A stretch of 64,000 nt of DNA from Chiloscyllium plagiosum (taxonomy: Eukaryota): NCBI RefSeq assembly GCF_004010195.1, contig NC_057757.1, positions 9,645,646-9,709,645 on the forward strand, in the 5' to 3' direction. Positions within the stretch are counted from its first letter, which is position 1. Each line of letters starts with the position of its first letter. The translations under genes and the position numbers were made by a program. Positions 60,850 through 64,000 of the stretch are shown here, one piece after another. The notes under the pieces were generated by a model. It ran no database searches, was not told where the DNA came from, and was given only the letters and a program-made list of their open reading frames with translations.

Positions 60850-61800
60850 CTGAGGGGCCAAAACTTTTTCTGAAAAAAATAAAATGGGCAAAAAGATGGG
60901 CAAACAATGATGTAAAACACCAATGGGAAAGATTAAAAACAATGTTTCAACAAAGAGCAGGAGGAATATATGCTGTTACAAAGAAGCCCAAGCTAATCAT
61001 TAATGAGTCACCACACATGAATAAAGACATAATGGTACAATTGTGGGAAAGGACACAGATATACATTAGATGCACAGACAACAGTGAGCATCATGGAGAA
61101 CACAAAAAATTAAAAGATAAGCCAAAAATAACAATTAGGAAGGTAAAGACACTACAAAATTAAATTGTCAAGGAACAGAAAACAAAATAGTAAACCATAT
61201 GTCTGTTTAAAAACAATCCAGGGAGGAGATAACAAAGTTAAAACTGTTCATTTTTAATAATCTATTTTAGAAAGCTTTAGTGCCAGAGGCCTGAAAGATA
61301 GCCAGTGTAATTCCTATATTTACAAAGTTGGGGGAGCAGAACATTTCCATAAAATTATAGACCTGTCAGTTTAATTTTAGTGGTAGGAAAAATAATGTAA
61401 CCCTTACTAAATGAGAGAATATCTAGAGGACAGGGCTATTCCAATGACTAGGCACCACGGATTTCAAAAGGAAAATTCTCGCTCGCTCGCTGTCCTTATG
61501 AATTTTTGAAGTGGTCACAGATAAAGTAGACATCATTTATCTGGCTTTTCAAAAGGCCTACGACAGGGTTCCACAAAACAGGCTATGAATAAAATAATGG
61601 ACAGTCAAAAGACAAGCAGCAGAATGAATGTCTGCCTGTTTCAAGACTGACTGCTGAGAAAATGGTTAAATGTGAGTTATTTGGCGTGTGGTGTACCGCA
61701 AGGATCAATACTGGGGTTACTGCTTTTCACAATTTACATCAATATGAACATTGAAAACTTACAATGCGATTTTTAAGTTTCCAGAAGCTGCCAAATTAGG
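60850..61800 (+). mobile_element. old AT-rich CR1 ORF2 remnant
   Basis: VPEA*KIASVIPIF, NYRPVSL, YLAFQKAYDRVP, GVPQGSILG motifs. Confidence 0.7.
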
Positions 61801-62096
61801 GTGAGGTCAGTACTAAAAATCAAAATCACAGAATTTGTACAATGCACAAGAAGCCCTTTGGCCTGTCATGCCTGTCCTAACTCTTCCAAAAGATATTTCA
61901 CTTCATGCCCCTTCCCTGCTTTCTCTCCTTAACACCGCACATTGTTCCTTTTAAGATAATAACCGAACTTCATTTTCAGTGCATCCGCACTCTCAGGCAG
62001 GGCATTCCAGATCTTAATCAGTCATTGCATTGGTGTATCTCTTTTGCTGCTTTTGCCAATTACATTAAGTGTGTTCTCTTTCACTCTGTGTCCTTT

Positions 62097-62860
62097 CATT
62101 CAGAGGAGGTTAACTAGATTAATTGCAGGGCTGAAAGGTTTGTCTCATGCAGAGAGATTGAGCAGTTTATGCCAATTCTCTCTGGGGTGTAGAAGTATAG
62201 GAGGTGATTTATTTGAGGTATATAGGATACTAGAGGTGATTGACAAAGTATACATAGAGCAGATGTTTCACATTGTGGGACAATCTAGAATGAGAGGTCA
62301 AATTTTTAGGATAATGTTAAGGCAGACTTAATACAGAGATAAGGAGGAATGGCTTATCTTAAAGGGTTGAGAAGGGTTGGAATTCATGACCCCAGAACAG
62401 CAGTGGACGCTGGGACCCTGAATACGTTTAAGGAGGAGTCTCATGCAGAGAGGTTGAGCAGTTTATGCCAATTCTCTCTGGGGTGTAGGAGGTGATTTAT
62501 TTGAGGTATATAGGATACTAGAGGTGATTGACAAAGTATATATAGAGCAGATGTTTCACATTGTGGGACAATCTAGAATGAGAGGTCAAATTTTTAGGAT
62601 AATGTTAAGGCAGACTTAATACAGAGATAAGGAGGAATGGCTTATCTTAAAGGGTTGAGAAGGGTTGGAATTCATGACCCCAGAACAGCAGTGGACGCTG
62701 GGACCCTGAATACGTTTAAGGAGGAGACAGACAGAGTTTTAATCAGTAATAAGTTGAAGGATTATGAAGAGTGGGCAGGAAAGTGAAGTTAAGGCTGAAA
62801 TGAGATCAGCCATGATCATATTAAATCGTGCAGCAGGATTGAATGACCTAATCCTGCTTC
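62097..62860 (+). mobile_element. CR1 3' fragment with a ~290-bp tandem duplication
   Basis: 62143-62438 repeated at 62439-62726. Confidence 0.85.
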
Positions 62861-62861
62861 T

Positions 62862-63260
62862 ACATAAGAACATAAGAAATAGGAGCAGAATTCGGCCATG
62901 TGGCCGTTTGAGCCCACTCCATCATTCAATAAGATCATGGCTGATCTTTTTGGGGCCTCAGCTCCATTTATCCACCCTCCCACCATAACCCTTAATTCCT
63001 TTGTTGTTCAAAAATCTATCTTTGCCTTAAAAACATTTAAACAGGTAGCCTCAACTGCTTCACCGTACAGGAATTCTACAGATTCACAATCCTTTGGAAG
63101 ATGCTCCTCTTCAACTCAGTCCTAAATCTATTTTGAGGCTCTGCCCGTGGTTCTAGTTTCACCCTTCAGTGGAAACAACCTCCCTGCTTCTACCTTATCT
63201 ATTCCCTTCATAATTTTATATGTTTCTAAACGATCCCCTCTCATCCTTCTAAATTCCAAT
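62862..63260 (-). mobile_element. CR1 3' fragment
   Basis: acataagaacataagaaataggagcag tail on plus; cataattttatatgtttct. Confidence 0.8.
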
Positions 63261-63261
63261 G

Positions 63262-63968
63262 ATAGGACCTTGGGTAGTGTTGTAGAACAGAGAGACCGAG
63301 GGGTTCAGGTACATAATTCTTTGAAGTTTGCATCACATACAGACAGGGTGGTTAAGAAGGTGTTTAGCACGCTTGCCTTCGTTGTTCAGACCTTTGAGTA
63401 TGGGAGTTGGGAAATCATGTTGAGGTTATATGGGACATTGGTGAGGCCTCTTCTGGGGTACTGTGTCCAGTTCTGGTTGCCCACTTATAGAGAGGATAGT
63501 ATTAATCTGGAGATTGTTCAGAACAGATTTACCAGGATGTTGCTGGGAATGCACGGTTTGAGTTATAAAGAAAAGCTGGATAGGTTAGACATCTTTGACT
63601 GGAATGTAGGAGGTTAAGACGTTTATAAAATAATGAGAGGTATAGATAGTTGTCTTTTACCGAGAATGGGAGATTTCAAGACCAGGGCGCACATTTTTAA
63701 GGGGAGAGGAGAGAGACTTAAAAATGACACAAGGAGCAAACTTTTCACACAGAGAGGTGTTCACGTGTGGAGTGAACTTTCTGAGGAAATGGTGGATGTG
63801 GGTACAGTTACAACGTTTAAAAGAGATTTGGTTAAGAATATGGATAAGAAAGGTTTGGAGGGATATAGGCCAGGAGCAGGCAGGTGGGACTAGTTTAGTT
63901 TGGGATAATGGTTGGCATAGACTGGTTGAACCAAAGGGTCTGTTTCCATGCTGTATGACCCTATGACT
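63262..63968 (+). mobile_element. CR1 LINE 3' fragment
   Basis: DRGVQVHNSLK...RPLLGYCVQFW...FTQRGVHVWSEL; ctatgaccctatgactc tail. Confidence 0.9.
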
Positions 63969-64000
63969 CCATAAACCAACTCTCTCAACTCCAGAATCAA

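Noticed and set aside
1..64000. Antisense orientation bias of CR1 fragments relative to the host gene
   Set aside because: The excess on plus is mild and copy number is too small to be convincing by eye

Overview
Eukaryotic, repeat-dense window from a cartilaginous fish: HE1-type V-SINEs and HER1/CR1 LINEs indicate an elasmobranch, but the species cannot be determined. The only host coding sequence I can support is two small minus-strand exons of a paralemmin-1 (PALM)-like gene: 45722-45767 (G + MSETLFQQERLQAIA) and 8443-8523 (EKRKRQTEIENKKRQLEDERRQLQHLK). They are separated by a ~37.2 kb intron, so the window is essentially intronic. The introns hold decayed CR1 LINE fragments, three SINE types (HE1/V-SINE, a second tRNA-SINE that shares its tail with a non-CR1 LINE, and old Deu-type SINEs), Rex1-like LINE tails, solo LTRs, MITEs, a tRNA-Gly pseudogene, a 4.1 kb 33-bp satellite and a 25-bp minisatellite. 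The most notable signal is a set of about 15 short Penelope-like insertions from several families, many with 13-15 bp target-site duplications and several palindromic. They carry a minimal hammerhead-ribozyme motif (CTGANGA-A-stem II-GAAA-palindrome) whose stem II covaries between families, and three intact-looking cores lie on the host pre-mRNA strand. Most ORFs in the supplied track are TE debris or repeat-derived. TE boundaries are approximate and read by eye; family names come from recollection, not from database searches. Assembly gaps: 8969-9006, 19371-19412, 36451-37077, 50092-50337.
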